DNA of 64,000 nt from a virus, in IMG/VR virus record IMGVR_UViG_3300032323_003820, positions 1 through 64,000 of that record; one strand, 5' to 3'. A program made the translations under genes and the position numbers. A model generated the notes under the pieces. That model ran no database searches. It was not told the DNA's origin and saw only the letters and a list, made by a program, of their open reading frames with translations. Below are positions 49,247-58,121 of the stretch, in pieces. Positions within the stretch are counted from its first letter, which is position 1. The number at the start of each line of letters is the position of its first letter.

Positions 49247-50472
49247 ATAACAAATCCCTCAGGAGAAATTTTCACTTGTCCTGATTTATTTTCAAATACT
49301 AAGTTTTTCTTGTTAGTTTTACCTAAGAAAATATATGATTTATTTTCTTGTAAAAATTTTTTAGAAGAAAGTTCTTGTTCTATTGTTTCGCTTAAGTTCT
49401 CAATTGATTTAACTTTCTTGGCAAACTCAGATTTTCTTTTAATTTCTTCATTTACCATCTTTTCTTTTTTATCTTTCTTTTCAGAATCAGACATTTCAAA
49501 ATACTTTGAAATAACCTTATCAATTTTTGATTCACTAAAGATACTATCTAAGATTGTATCATGAATAGATGATTCACCCATTTCTTGGTCAACTGCAACA
49601 TCCATATCTGCCTGTACATCTTCTACTTCAGAATCTCCAGTAATGTCTTCTGAACCCATATCTTCCATGTCCACATCCATTTCATCACTTTCCTCATCAC
49701 TTTCAAACTTAGAAAGAACGTCTTCTTTATCTTCATCATTGAGTTGGTTCAAATCAACAGCAGAAATTACCATGTTTAAAACATATTTGATATTTTCAGA
49801 AGTCAAACCTTTTTCTTGTTCATACTCTCTGATTTTCTGAGTTAACTTTCCTGTCAGTTTTTGAATTGATTTGAAAGTAACAATATCCGCGTTTTCACCC
49901 CCTTGACCCATGTCATCCACCGGCATTTCTTCTGCACCCATGTCATCCACCGGCATTTCTTCTGCAGGTAAATCAGCATCATCAGATGGTGGTAAAGCTT
50001 CAGGCGAATCTGGCAACTGTGGTTCAGGAACCGCAGGTGGCTCTGCTGGTGGGGCTGCAGGCTCATCCATCATTGGTTCGTCCATTGCGGGTTGTGGTGT
50101 TTTTAAGACAAACTTTTTTTGTTCACCGAACAAACTAATTTCTTCGTCCTGTCCGTTAATTCTATTAGATTCTTTGATAATTAAATTTAATCTTTTCAAA
50201 GCCTGAGAATATGAATTATAATATTTCCTATTTCTCATAGGTTCGATATAATCAACCTCTGATTCTGAAATATTTTTTTTGATTACATATCCCATTTTTT
50301 CTCTAACAATTTGATACCCACTTCCATCAGATACATTTATTGAATATTCTGTAGTACTGAGAGTATTTGTTTCTGATTTAGGAACTTCATTATATCTGGC
50401 AATCTCCATGATTCTGTTCAACTTCTCTTGACCAGTTAATTTTTCACTTCCTAACGGTTTTAATTTTCCCAT
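49243..50472 (-). CDS. Acidic scaffold-like/internal head protein
   Basis: 409 aa, D/E/P-rich; 2 x 30-nt repeat AEEMPVDDMG at 49906-49965. Confidence 0.65.
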   Translation of the reverse strand: MGKLKPLGSEKLTGQEKLNRIMEIARYNEVPKSETNTLSTTEYSINVSDGSGYQIVREKMGYVIKKNISESEVDYIEPMRNRKYYNSYSQALKRLNLIIKESNRINGQDEEISLFGEQKKFVLKTPQPAMDEPMMDEPAAPPAEPPAVPEPQLPDSPEALPPSDDADLPAEEMPVDDMGAEEMPVDDMGQGGENADIVTFKSIQKLTGKLTQKIREYEQEKGLTSENIKYVLNMVISAVDLNQLNDEDKEDVLSKFESDEESDEMDVDMEDMGSEDITGDSEVEDVQADMDVAVDQEMGESSIHDTILDSIFSESKIDKVISKYFEMSDSEKKDKKEKMVNEEIKRKSEFAKKVKSIENLSETIEQELSSKKFLQENKSYIFLGKTNKKNLVFENKSGQVKISPEGFVI

Positions 50473-50496
50473 TTTATAGTGTTATTTTTTTTATTT

Positions 50497-51345
50497 TTAG
50501 TTATTTAATCCGTTAAATCCACCTAATTTTACCGCACTTAAATCAATAACCCAACCTCTCGTTCCTTCAACGTAAGCTTCAGGATGAGGAACATCCCCCA
50601 AACTTGCATCCCATGTACCACCACTGAAACTACCTTCCATCTGATTTGTATATTCATACTGTACGTTAACGTAGGTTGTACCAATACTTGTCAAACTTGG
50701 TGTTATTGTAGGTGTTGGTGTTGGGGTTGAGGTCTTGGTTGGTGTTGGGGTTGAGGTCTTGGTTGGTGTTGGGGTATTTGATGATGTAACTGTTGGAGTT
50801 ACTGTTCTTGTTGGAGTCACACTTGGTGTTATACTTGGTGTTGGAGTATTAGTTGAGGTAACTGTTGGAGTTACGGTTCTTGTTGGTGTTGGAGTTGCGG
50901 TTTTTGTTGGTGTTGGAGTATTTGTTGATGTTACTGTAGGAGTTACCGTTCTTGTTGGCGTAATACTTGGTGTTGGAGTTGCAGTTTTTGTTGGTGTGGG
51001 TGTGCGAGTTGTAGTTACAGATGGTGTCGGAGTTCTTGTTGTAGTTGGTGTAATTGACGGGGTTACTGTAGGAGTTACTGTTGGAGTTGGTGTTGGTGTT
51101 GGGGTGGGATTTGCATTCAAACATGTTTGACAATCTCCATAATTGGTACCTAAAGGACCTGAAACTTCGTCCACTCCTGTTGCAGGTTCTGCTGTATCCA
51201 CAATTTCATAACAACCTCTAGCAGTTGCTCCTGTAAAAATAAGATAATAATTACCACCAACCACAGGTAACGTGGTTGAACTGAATTCAACATTTAATGC
51301 TGACCCTCCAGAACATGGGGCTACGAGATATGTGACTAAAGCCAT
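50497..51345 (-). CDS. Pro-Thr mucin-like protein with small Cys N-domain (probable virion decoration)
   Basis: ~140 aa continuous TPTPT tract; TATTTATA at 51359-51366. Confidence 0.75.
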   Translation of the reverse strand: MALVTYLVAPCSGGSALNVEFSSTTLPVVGGNYYLIFTGATARGCYEIVDTAEPATGVDEVSGPLGTNYGDCQTCLNANPTPTPTPTPTVTPTVTPSITPTTTRTPTPSVTTTRTPTPTKTATPTPSITPTRTVTPTVTSTNTPTPTKTATPTPTRTVTPTVTSTNTPTPSITPSVTPTRTVTPTVTSSNTPTPTKTSTPTPTKTSTPTPTPTITPSLTSIGTTYVNVQYEYTNQMEGSFSGGTWDASLGDVPHPEAYVEGTRGWVIDLSAVKLGGFNGLNN

Positions 51346-51394
51346 TTAATTTTTTCTTTATAAATATACGAAACCACGAAATAAGTAGAAAATA

Positions 51395-53020
51395 TTATGC
51401 AAGATTGGACGAACCTAACTTAGATTTCGATAAGACCATGTCACTTATGTTGGATACAGATGAAACAATACTTCTCAATTTGGGTTCATATTCACCCGAA
51501 GCATATCTATTTCCATTAACATTTACGAAGTTTCTGAGTAAGTCACCCGCTCTTTTTCCACCAGTCAAATATCTTCTAACCATCAAATCATAATAAGCAC
51601 AAACACCTTCCTGAACTGTCGAAAAATATTTGTTTTTTCCTGAGTCGGTGTTTCCAACATTGAATGGATTTTTAGTTCTTCTTGGTCTAACAGTTTGATT
51701 TTTCGACAATCCTCCCTCTAACGCTAATTGAGCCAATGCTAATTCAGGCGGTACGTATCCTTGTGAAAAGTATCTTTTAGAACATTCGGCCATCATTTGT
51801 CCGTCAACACCAGCATTAGGATTTCGTTTATCAATAAAGTTTTGACAAATCTCAGCATAAAGTTTGAAAGCCTCAGGGTCGTTCATGTCCAAATAAGTGA
51901 AATTACCATCCTTACCGAATTCACCAGTAAATTTATTTAATTTAGAATCTGAAAATTTGTTCAAGACTAATAAAGCTAAAAGATGTTTCAAATCGTTAGT
52001 TTTCATTACTCCATCTTTCAGAAGTTTCGAAGACTCTTGAAATTTTTCAATTGCCGACTTTGTTTCGGAACCAAGTTTTCCATCGATACCCCATTTTGGT
52101 AATTTAAAATTTAAAAATTCTAGCCCATCTTGAATTATTCTAACGTCATCATCAAATGGGATTTTCATTCCTGGAGTGTATTCAAAGGTTTTCTTATTAT
52201 CTACCAACTCCTTTAATTTCTTTAAAAAAACTGAGTTTTCAATAATGTCAATAACCTCTTTATTTTCCTTTTTCATGTCTTGTTCATTCAAATGTTGTTC
52301 AACAGATAATTCTTTATCTTTAAGTTGATTAACCTTATCAAAAAGTTTTTCAATATGTTTTGACCTTCTCAAAAACTTGAAAACTAAATTTTCATATGAC
52401 AATTCGCCACCTTTTTCTAATCCACACTTTCTATATTCCTTGAGTTTTTCTTTGATAGTTTCCAATTTTTCAACACCATCAGTTTCAGAATCTTCAATTG
52501 CAGTTTCTATTTTTTCTACCCAGTTATCTATTTTATTTACCAAAACATTCTTGTCAATTTTTTTAAAATCTTTCTTTGGAACATTAATCCACTCATCATT
52601 CGCAACAGAATAAACTGCACTACTCACATGGGATTCTTCTTTATCTTGAGCATATAGTTCAACATCATATCCTAATATTTTAATATCGTGAGAATCGTTG
52701 AATATTCTCTTTTTCAAATCATATAATTCTTTATATGTTTCCGATTCTTTCTCGTATTGTTGTAAATCTATTAAGATGTGTAAATCAAAGTCCGAAAAAT
52801 TAGACCAGTTATAGTTTGCCAATGAACCAGTCAATATAATATCTTCAACCATTACATCCTCGCCCAAATAATCAATAAATTCTTCGGCAATTCTTTCCAA
52901 AGCCTTTCTGACTTTAGGTTTCATTTTTGCATCCTTTGGGTCATTGTAGTTATCCCATATCTTTGGATTCAAAGTCTCTTGGAGAGAGAAACTTTTCAAT
53001 ATTTCTGTAAATTTTCCCAT
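51395..53020 (-). CDS. Fusion: Pol-beta-family nucleotidyltransferase + peptidoglycan-binding domain + glucosaminidase/lysozyme-like domain
   Basis: TGSLANYNWS.FSDFDLHI; V..IQ..L......GIDG.LG.ET..AI..FQ; LALAQLALEGG...NPFNVG...F.T..EG..AY...YAS. Confidence 0.75.
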   Translation of the reverse strand: MGKFTEILKSFSLQETLNPKIWDNYNDPKDAKMKPKVRKALERIAEEFIDYLGEDVMVEDIILTGSLANYNWSNFSDFDLHILIDLQQYEKESETYKELYDLKKRIFNDSHDIKILGYDVELYAQDKEESHVSSAVYSVANDEWINVPKKDFKKIDKNVLVNKIDNWVEKIETAIEDSETDGVEKLETIKEKLKEYRKCGLEKGGELSYENLVFKFLRRSKHIEKLFDKVNQLKDKELSVEQHLNEQDMKKENKEVIDIIENSVFLKKLKELVDNKKTFEYTPGMKIPFDDDVRIIQDGLEFLNFKLPKWGIDGKLGSETKSAIEKFQESSKLLKDGVMKTNDLKHLLALLVLNKFSDSKLNKFTGEFGKDGNFTYLDMNDPEAFKLYAEICQNFIDKRNPNAGVDGQMMAECSKRYFSQGYVPPELALAQLALEGGLSKNQTVRPRRTKNPFNVGNTDSGKNKYFSTVQEGVCAYYDLMVRRYLTGGKRAGDLLRNFVNVNGNRYASGEYEPKLRSIVSSVSNISDMVLSKSKLGSSNLA

Positions 53021-53041
53021 ACCAAATAAATAGGCGAATTA

Positions 53042-53284
53042 TTATAGTTTTTTATATTTGTGGTTCTTTGCAATTTCTGAAACGAAAAATTTACCCTGTG
53101 ATTCTGCCATTCTAAATTGTGTGTATAACTTATGTGGTACTTCATCATACTCATACTTAAGACCATTATTAAACTCCACAATCAGTTTTTTTGTTTCAGT
53201 ATCGTATTCTGTTTTTTTGATGTTGGATGATTTAATTTCATTTATAATTTTTGTCCCAACAATTTCTTCTTTAATAACTCCCAT
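53042..53284 (-). CDS. KTSC-domain protein
   Basis: SSNI...YD.....L.VEF.NG..YEY..VP...Y.....AESQGKFF. Confidence 0.9.
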   Translation of the reverse strand: MGVIKEEIVGTKIINEIKSSNIKKTEYDTETKKLIVEFNNGLKYEYDEVPHKLYTQFRMAESQGKFFVSEIAKNHKYKKL

Positions 53285-53341
53285 AATATTTTTTTTAAAT
53301 CTATTAATTAATCATATTAAGTATATCTAATAATTATTATC

Positions 53342-53890
53342 ATGGAACTAGAAGAAATTGGTAGGGAGAAACAACCATTTGGTCAAGGTATCGAGCACCA
53401 AATATTCTCATCACCTAACAAACCTGATGTCATTTTTAAGGTTGGGGAGTGGGATGTTATTAATGAATGGTATGATGTATTCAAATCTGACCCTAATATT
53501 TTTCCAACAGTTTATAAACTCGGTAGATTACCAAATAAACAATATTATTACGTAGAGTTAGAAAAGTTGGATACTGAAAAGTTCGAAGATAATTGGGACG
53601 ATTTGGAACTTGATTTGGAAGAATTGGGTATATTAGATGTCGATAGAGGAGAAAGTTTCACTGATTTATACACTCATGAAGGTTCTTCTGCGTCAGTTTT
53701 CGCTGAGATTGGTAAGAAACTATCAAAACACAACCCTGAATTATACAAATTTTATATTGAGTTATTAACTGTAATAAAAAAAGCGGAAAAGGCTCAGAAT
53801 AAAATTCTCAAAAAGGATACTTTAGTAGATGCTCACAAATATAATTTCGGTTATTCCAAAGACGGAAAACTTAAATGTTTAGACATATAA
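53342..53890 (+). CDS. Minimal protein-kinase-like (PKL/APH-fold) protein
   Basis: FGQG..H.IF, VIFKV, ELEKL, DAHKYNFG, CLDI. Confidence 0.65.
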   Translation: MELEEIGREKQPFGQGIEHQIFSSPNKPDVIFKVGEWDVINEWYDVFKSDPNIFPTVYKLGRLPNKQYYYVELEKLDTEKFEDNWDDLELDLEELGILDVDRGESFTDLYTHEGSSASVFAEIGKKLSKHNPELYKFYIELLTVIKKAEKAQNKILKKDTLVDAHKYNFGYSKDGKLKCLDI

Positions 53891-53914
53891 AAACCCTCCA
53901 CATTGGAGGGTTTT
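53889..53914. terminator. Bidirectional terminator between the convergent kinase and hsp20 genes
   Basis: AAAACCCTCCA-cat-TGGAGGGTTTT. Confidence 0.85.
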
Positions 53915-53917
53915 AAT

Positions 53918-54337
53918 TTAGATGATGTTAATCTTATTTTTTCTTTTTTCAGTGTCCTTGTTATATTTCGGAATATAAACCGTAAGGATACCGTCAGAGA
54001 TTGTTGCTTCAATTGTTGAAGAGTTGTATGTGTTATTCAGTTTAACTCTTTTACTTATTGTTTTTTGTTTTTCAACCCCGTTAACTTTATATTTTCTTAG
54101 ACCTTCCAACACTAATTCAGAACCCTCTACAGTAATTTCTAAATTTTCTTTGTTGAAACCTGGTACTTCAAAATGAAGATACGCTCCGTCTTTTACGTGA
54201 TTTATTTCATAATCCTCATCTTTTACATACTCTGTCTGCTCGTCAACTGGAACTAAACGATAGGTACTTGAGTAATAAGTTGATGGAGAATTGAAGAACT
54301 TGTCAAACAATTTGTTAAAATCATTTCCGTAAATCAT
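53918..54337 (-). CDS. Small heat-shock protein (Hsp20/alpha-crystallin)
   Basis: EVPGF.KE.LEI.V....L...G; IEA...DGILTV.IPK. Confidence 0.9.
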   Translation of the reverse strand: MIYGNDFNKLFDKFFNSPSTYYSSTYRLVPVDEQTEYVKDEDYEINHVKDGAYLHFEVPGFNKENLEITVEGSELVLEGLRKYKVNGVEKQKTISKRVKLNNTYNSSTIEATISDGILTVYIPKYNKDTEKRKNKINII

Positions 54338-54379
54338 AGTTTTTAATTTTTTTAAATTTATTTATTTTTCCTGATATAT

Positions 54380-54450
54380 TCAAACAGCATACCAACTCAT
54401 TCTATATGACATAGTGTCTTATTTATTTTTTATTTAATGACAAGTTGTCT
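54380..54450 (-). promoter_or_regulatory. Putative sigma54-type promoter (TGGTATGCTGTTTGA, 54380-54394) with two upstream TGACA-N3-TGTCT palindromes
   Basis: GG-N10-GA spacing as in -24/-12 promoters; palindromes at 54407-54419 and 54438-54450. Confidence 0.45.
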
Positions 54451-54546
54451 GTTTAATATTTTTCATCCTGTTTATTTGTCAATAAATTTGTTTGTGTCCG
54501 ATAATTGATGGATATTTGTAAAAATTAAACATAAAATCTAAAAATT

Positions 54547-56553
54547 ATGAATGAATTAATGGATGATGACGATAAGCAAACGAGTAAGAAAAAGAATACA
54601 GATAGTTCTACTCCCGTTTTAGATAATTTCAGTCGAGACTTAATCAAACTTGCTGAAATGGGTAAACTCGACCCTGTTATTGGTCGAGAAAAAGAAATTT
54701 TGAGAATTGCCCAAATTCTTTCGAGAAGAAAGAAAAATAATCCTGTAATAATTGGAGAACCTGGTTGTGGTAAAACCGCTATCGTAGAAGGATTGGCCAT
54801 TAAGATTTATAATGGTGAGTGTCCGAGAAATTTAGTCGATAAAAGGATAGTCGCTTTAGACCTAACTTCAGTTGTTGCTGGTACAAAGTATCGTGGACAA
54901 TTCGAAGAAAGGATGAAAGTCATCATGGAAGAACTACAGCAAAACCCTAACATTATTGTATTCATCGATGAAATACATACGTTGGTTGGTTCAGGAAATG
55001 CTGCAGGGTCGATGGATGGTTCAAATATATTCAAACCCGCATTAGCTCGTGGTGAACTCCAATGCATTGGAGCAACAACTTCTGATGAGTTCCGTAAATC
55101 ATTCGAAAAAGATGGAGCATTGGAAAGAAGATTTCAGAAAGTTGTGGTTGACTCTGCAACAGTTGCTGAAACTATAGAAATATTGAAAAACGTTCGTGAT
55201 AAGTATGAAACTTTCCATAAAGTGACCTACACCGATGAAATAATTGAAACTTGTGTGAAACTTGCAGACAAGTATATTACAGACAGAGAGTTTCCTGATA
55301 AAGCTTTCGACATCTTGGATGAAGTTGGAGCTAGGATGCAAACTGAACTCAAGGTTCCTGAAGTTATTGATGATTTGAAGAAAAAAGCTGCGGAACTCAG
55401 ACAAATGAAGATGGACGTGGTTAAAAAACAAAACTACGAACAAGCCGCGGAACTGAGGGATAAAGAAAAGAAACTTATCACAAAACTCGAAAGTGAAAAG
55501 AAGAAGTTCGAGGAACAACTTCAAAAAGAAAAACAACCAATCACTTTAGAAGATGTTTATGATGTTGTTTCCACAATAACCAAAATCCCTGTTTCTAAAA
55601 TGTCCGTGGACGATGTCAAAACTCTTGTCAACTTGGATAAAGAACTTGTGGGTAAAGTTATTGGTCAAGACGATGCTGTTCTCAAAATTGTTAAATCAAT
55701 CAAGAGAAACAGACTCGGAATCAAAGACCCGAATAGACCTATTGGAACATTTGTATTTTTGGGCTCTACTGGTGTCGGTAAGACCTATTTGGCAAAACAA
55801 CTCGCTAAAGAAATGTTTGGTAGTGAGGAATCTCTGATTAGGGTTGATATGAGTGAATACCAAGAGAAACACACTATTTCAAAATTGGTAGGTGCTCCTC
55901 CCGGATATGTTGGATATGATGAAGGTGGTCAACTCACTGAGAAGGTGAAAAATAAACCTTACGCAGTAATACTTTTCGATGAGGTAGAAAAAGCTCATAA
56001 AGACATTTTCTCAATCCTCCTTCAAATCATGGATGATGGTTATGTTACCGATAGTTTGGGACGTAAGATTAATTTTAAAAATACCCTCATCATCCTCACA
56101 TCAAATTTGGGTGTAAAGAAATTTCAAGAATTTGGTGCAGGTATCGGGTTTGGAACTAACTCATATTCAAATGAGGAAGCGAAGAAACAAATCTTGATGA
56201 AAGAAATGAAAAATTTCTTCTCACCGGAATTTCTCAACAGAATAGATGATACCATTATGTTTAATACTCTATCTGAGGAAGATATCAAGAAAATAACCCG
56301 CATAGAGTTAGACAAATTGGTCAATAGATTGTCGGAAATGAAATACAAAATCAAATACAACGAGTCCGTGGTTGAGTATATAGCAAAAATTGGTTACGAT
56401 AGTACCTATGGTGCTCGTCCAATGAAAAGAGCAATTCAGGATAAAGTTGAAGACTTTTTATCTGAAGAAGTTCTTCTTGGTAAACTTAAAGAGAACACAC
56501 AGTATGTTCTCAAAGTAGAAGAAGAAACGGTTAAGATTACAAAGGGTAAGTAG
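54547..56553 (+). CDS. clpC: ClpC-type AAA+ unfoldase lacking the N-terminal Clp repeat domain
   Basis: GEPGCGKT, FIDEIH, UVR-type middle domain (QNYEQAAELRD), GSTGVGKT, GAPPGYVGY, ClpP-docking IGF loop (GIGFG). Confidence 0.9.
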   Translation: MNELMDDDDKQTSKKKNTDSSTPVLDNFSRDLIKLAEMGKLDPVIGREKEILRIAQILSRRKKNNPVIIGEPGCGKTAIVEGLAIKIYNGECPRNLVDKRIVALDLTSVVAGTKYRGQFEERMKVIMEELQQNPNIIVFIDEIHTLVGSGNAAGSMDGSNIFKPALARGELQCIGATTSDEFRKSFEKDGALERRFQKVVVDSATVAETIEILKNVRDKYETFHKVTYTDEIIETCVKLADKYITDREFPDKAFDILDEVGARMQTELKVPEVIDDLKKKAAELRQMKMDVVKKQNYEQAAELRDKEKKLITKLESEKKKFEEQLQKEKQPITLEDVYDVVSTITKIPVSKMSVDDVKTLVNLDKELVGKVIGQDDAVLKIVKSIKRNRLGIKDPNRPIGTFVFLGSTGVGKTYLAKQLAKEMFGSEESLIRVDMSEYQEKHTISKLVGAPPGYVGYDEGGQLTEKVKNKPYAVILFDEVEKAHKDIFSILLQIMDDGYVTDSLGRKINFKNTLIILTSNLGVKKFQEFGAGIGFGTNSYSNEEAKKQILMKEMKNFFSPEFLNRIDDTIMFNTLSEEDIKKITRIELDKLVNRLSEMKYKIKYNESVVEYIAKIGYDSTYGARPMKRAIQDKVEDFLSEEVLLGKLKENTQYVLKVEEETVKITKGK

Positions 56554-56583
56554 AAAAAGGAGGATTAAATCCTCCTTTTTTTT
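56554..56583 (+). terminator. Intrinsic terminator after clpC
   Basis: AAAAGGAGGAT-taa-ATCCTCCTTTTTTTT. Confidence 0.85.
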
Positions 56584-56597
56584 ATATTTATCATAGA

Positions 56598-57248
56598 ATG
56601 AAAACAAACCTCAGAAAAATTATAAGGGAAGAACTTACGGTTTTGTCAAACTTTGATAAACTCATCAACTCTTTTAGAAGTGATTTCCCTCAAGACCTTC
56701 AAAATAAAGTTGACGGCATATCCTTATATGTAAAAAACTATGTCAGAGAGAATGGGTTCAATATAAAATTTCTTAATAGTTGCAGGACGGGATTCAAAGG
56801 AGTTAGAACTAATAATTTCATAATAATTTGTTCACCAATGCAAATTGAAAACATTGGTGATTTTCTTTATACCATTTTTCATGAAATAAGACACGAAGAA
56901 CAAATGGGTAAACTAAAAATTGATAACCCTTTAACAGGACAATTGGAAGATTTTGAAAAATTATTCGAAGATTATTGGAAATTAGAGTTGGATGCAGATG
57001 AATTTGCTAAGAAAAAAATATCAGAACTTGTTTTAAAATTTGGTATACCAATCGGCACAGCTAAACAAAATTTCAGACTATCTCCTTATGTCGAAAATTA
57101 CCCAAGTACTTCCAAAATGGTGAAAAACTATATGAAAACGATAGTTGACGATATTAAGAATATGAGAAAATCAGGGATGGAATACAATGATATTGCTGAC
57201 CATCCTGTTGTCAAAAATCACTTGGAAAAATTAGAAGATTTCTTTTAA
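56598..57248 (+). CDS. HExxH (zincin-like) putative metallopeptidase with N-terminal LRKIIREE tag
   Basis: IFHEIRHEEQ...LELDA; TATTTATC 5 nt upstream. Confidence 0.6.
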   Translation: MKTNLRKIIREELTVLSNFDKLINSFRSDFPQDLQNKVDGISLYVKNYVRENGFNIKFLNSCRTGFKGVRTNNFIIICSPMQIENIGDFLYTIFHEIRHEEQMGKLKIDNPLTGQLEDFEKLFEDYWKLELDADEFAKKKISELVLKFGIPIGTAKQNFRLSPYVENYPSTSKMVKNYMKTIVDDIKNMRKSGMEYNDIADHPVVKNHLEKLEDFF

Positions 57249-58087
57249 TCCCAAAGAGAGTAATTTTTCGAAGTATCTTTTTTCTCTTTGTAATGTAAAT
57301 TGTAACCCAACAATTCTATCATTTTCTTACCAATCTCAATTCCATTATATACGTCTTCTATTACAACATATTCATTTCTGGTGTGATAGTTGTAATATCC
57401 TATTGAAAAATTGATACAAGAAAAATCAAAAGACTTTCTCAAAGCATAAACATCTGTATATGGGTGAACCATGTATTCCATAAAGTTTCGATTCATAGAT
57501 TCTGTAAGAACCTTATCACAAACTTTGAAAAAATCAGAATCTCTGTCAAATAGAACTTGTCCAAAACATTTTTCTGTGACCATCCAATTTTCAGGAGCAT
57601 CGAACTGAATTGCATAGCCTACGTTAGCAAAAAATCCTGTGTTTGCTTTCAATGAACCATGACACCCTGTTTCTTCGGAAACGAAAAATGCCGCTTTCAA
57701 ATTCGGTAATTCTTTCAATAGAGTGAGACATGCAAAAACACCACACTTATCGTCTCCACCAATTCCTGTTGGTTTACCATTACCATCTAATGCAAATAGA
57801 GAACTTTTTAATTCATCCTGAGCATTTGGAAGTTCAGATTCTTGAATGAAAATTTCATTTATCTCGTGTACGGTATCAGTGTGGGAGACCACGCAAGGAT
57901 AGAAAAAATTTTCATCCTTCACGATGTTATCTGTCTTTGTTGCATAAACGTTTTTGTATGCGTCAACAAAAAATTCTATATTGTTTTCGGTCAACCAAGT
58001 CGTCAAGTATTCAACCATTCTATCTTCTTTATAAGTTTTGGTGGGAACACTCAAAACTTCTTTAAGAAGTTGTAAATTATAGCTCAT
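57245..58087 (-). CDS. M20/M28/M42-clan zinc exopeptidase
   Basis: SHTDTVH, GGDDKCG, SEETGC.GS, QFD, YTDV, GYYNYHT; TATCTTTG promoter element at 58102-58109 favours ATG 58087. Confidence 0.85.
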   Translation of the reverse strand: MSYNLQLLKEVLSVPTKTYKEDRMVEYLTTWLTENNIEFFVDAYKNVYATKTDNIVKDENFFYPCVVSHTDTVHEINEIFIQESELPNAQDELKSSLFALDGNGKPTGIGGDDKCGVFACLTLLKELPNLKAAFFVSEETGCHGSLKANTGFFANVGYAIQFDAPENWMVTEKCFGQVLFDRDSDFFKVCDKVLTESMNRNFMEYMVHPYTDVYALRKSFDFSCINFSIGYYNYHTRNEYVVIEDVYNGIEIGKKMIELLGYNLHYKEKKDTSKNYSLWD

Positions 58088-58121
58088 ATCTAATATTTTC
58101 ACAAAGATATGAAAAAAATTT

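Noticed and set aside
50735-51133. Val/Gly-rich and Asn-rich ORFs (50735..51130, 50849..51133; also 3666..3875)
   Set aside because: Antisense or alternative-frame shadows of Pro-Thr repeats.
54547-56553. ClpB annotation
   Set aside because: The middle domain is the short UVR type and an IGF loop is present, which fits ClpC.
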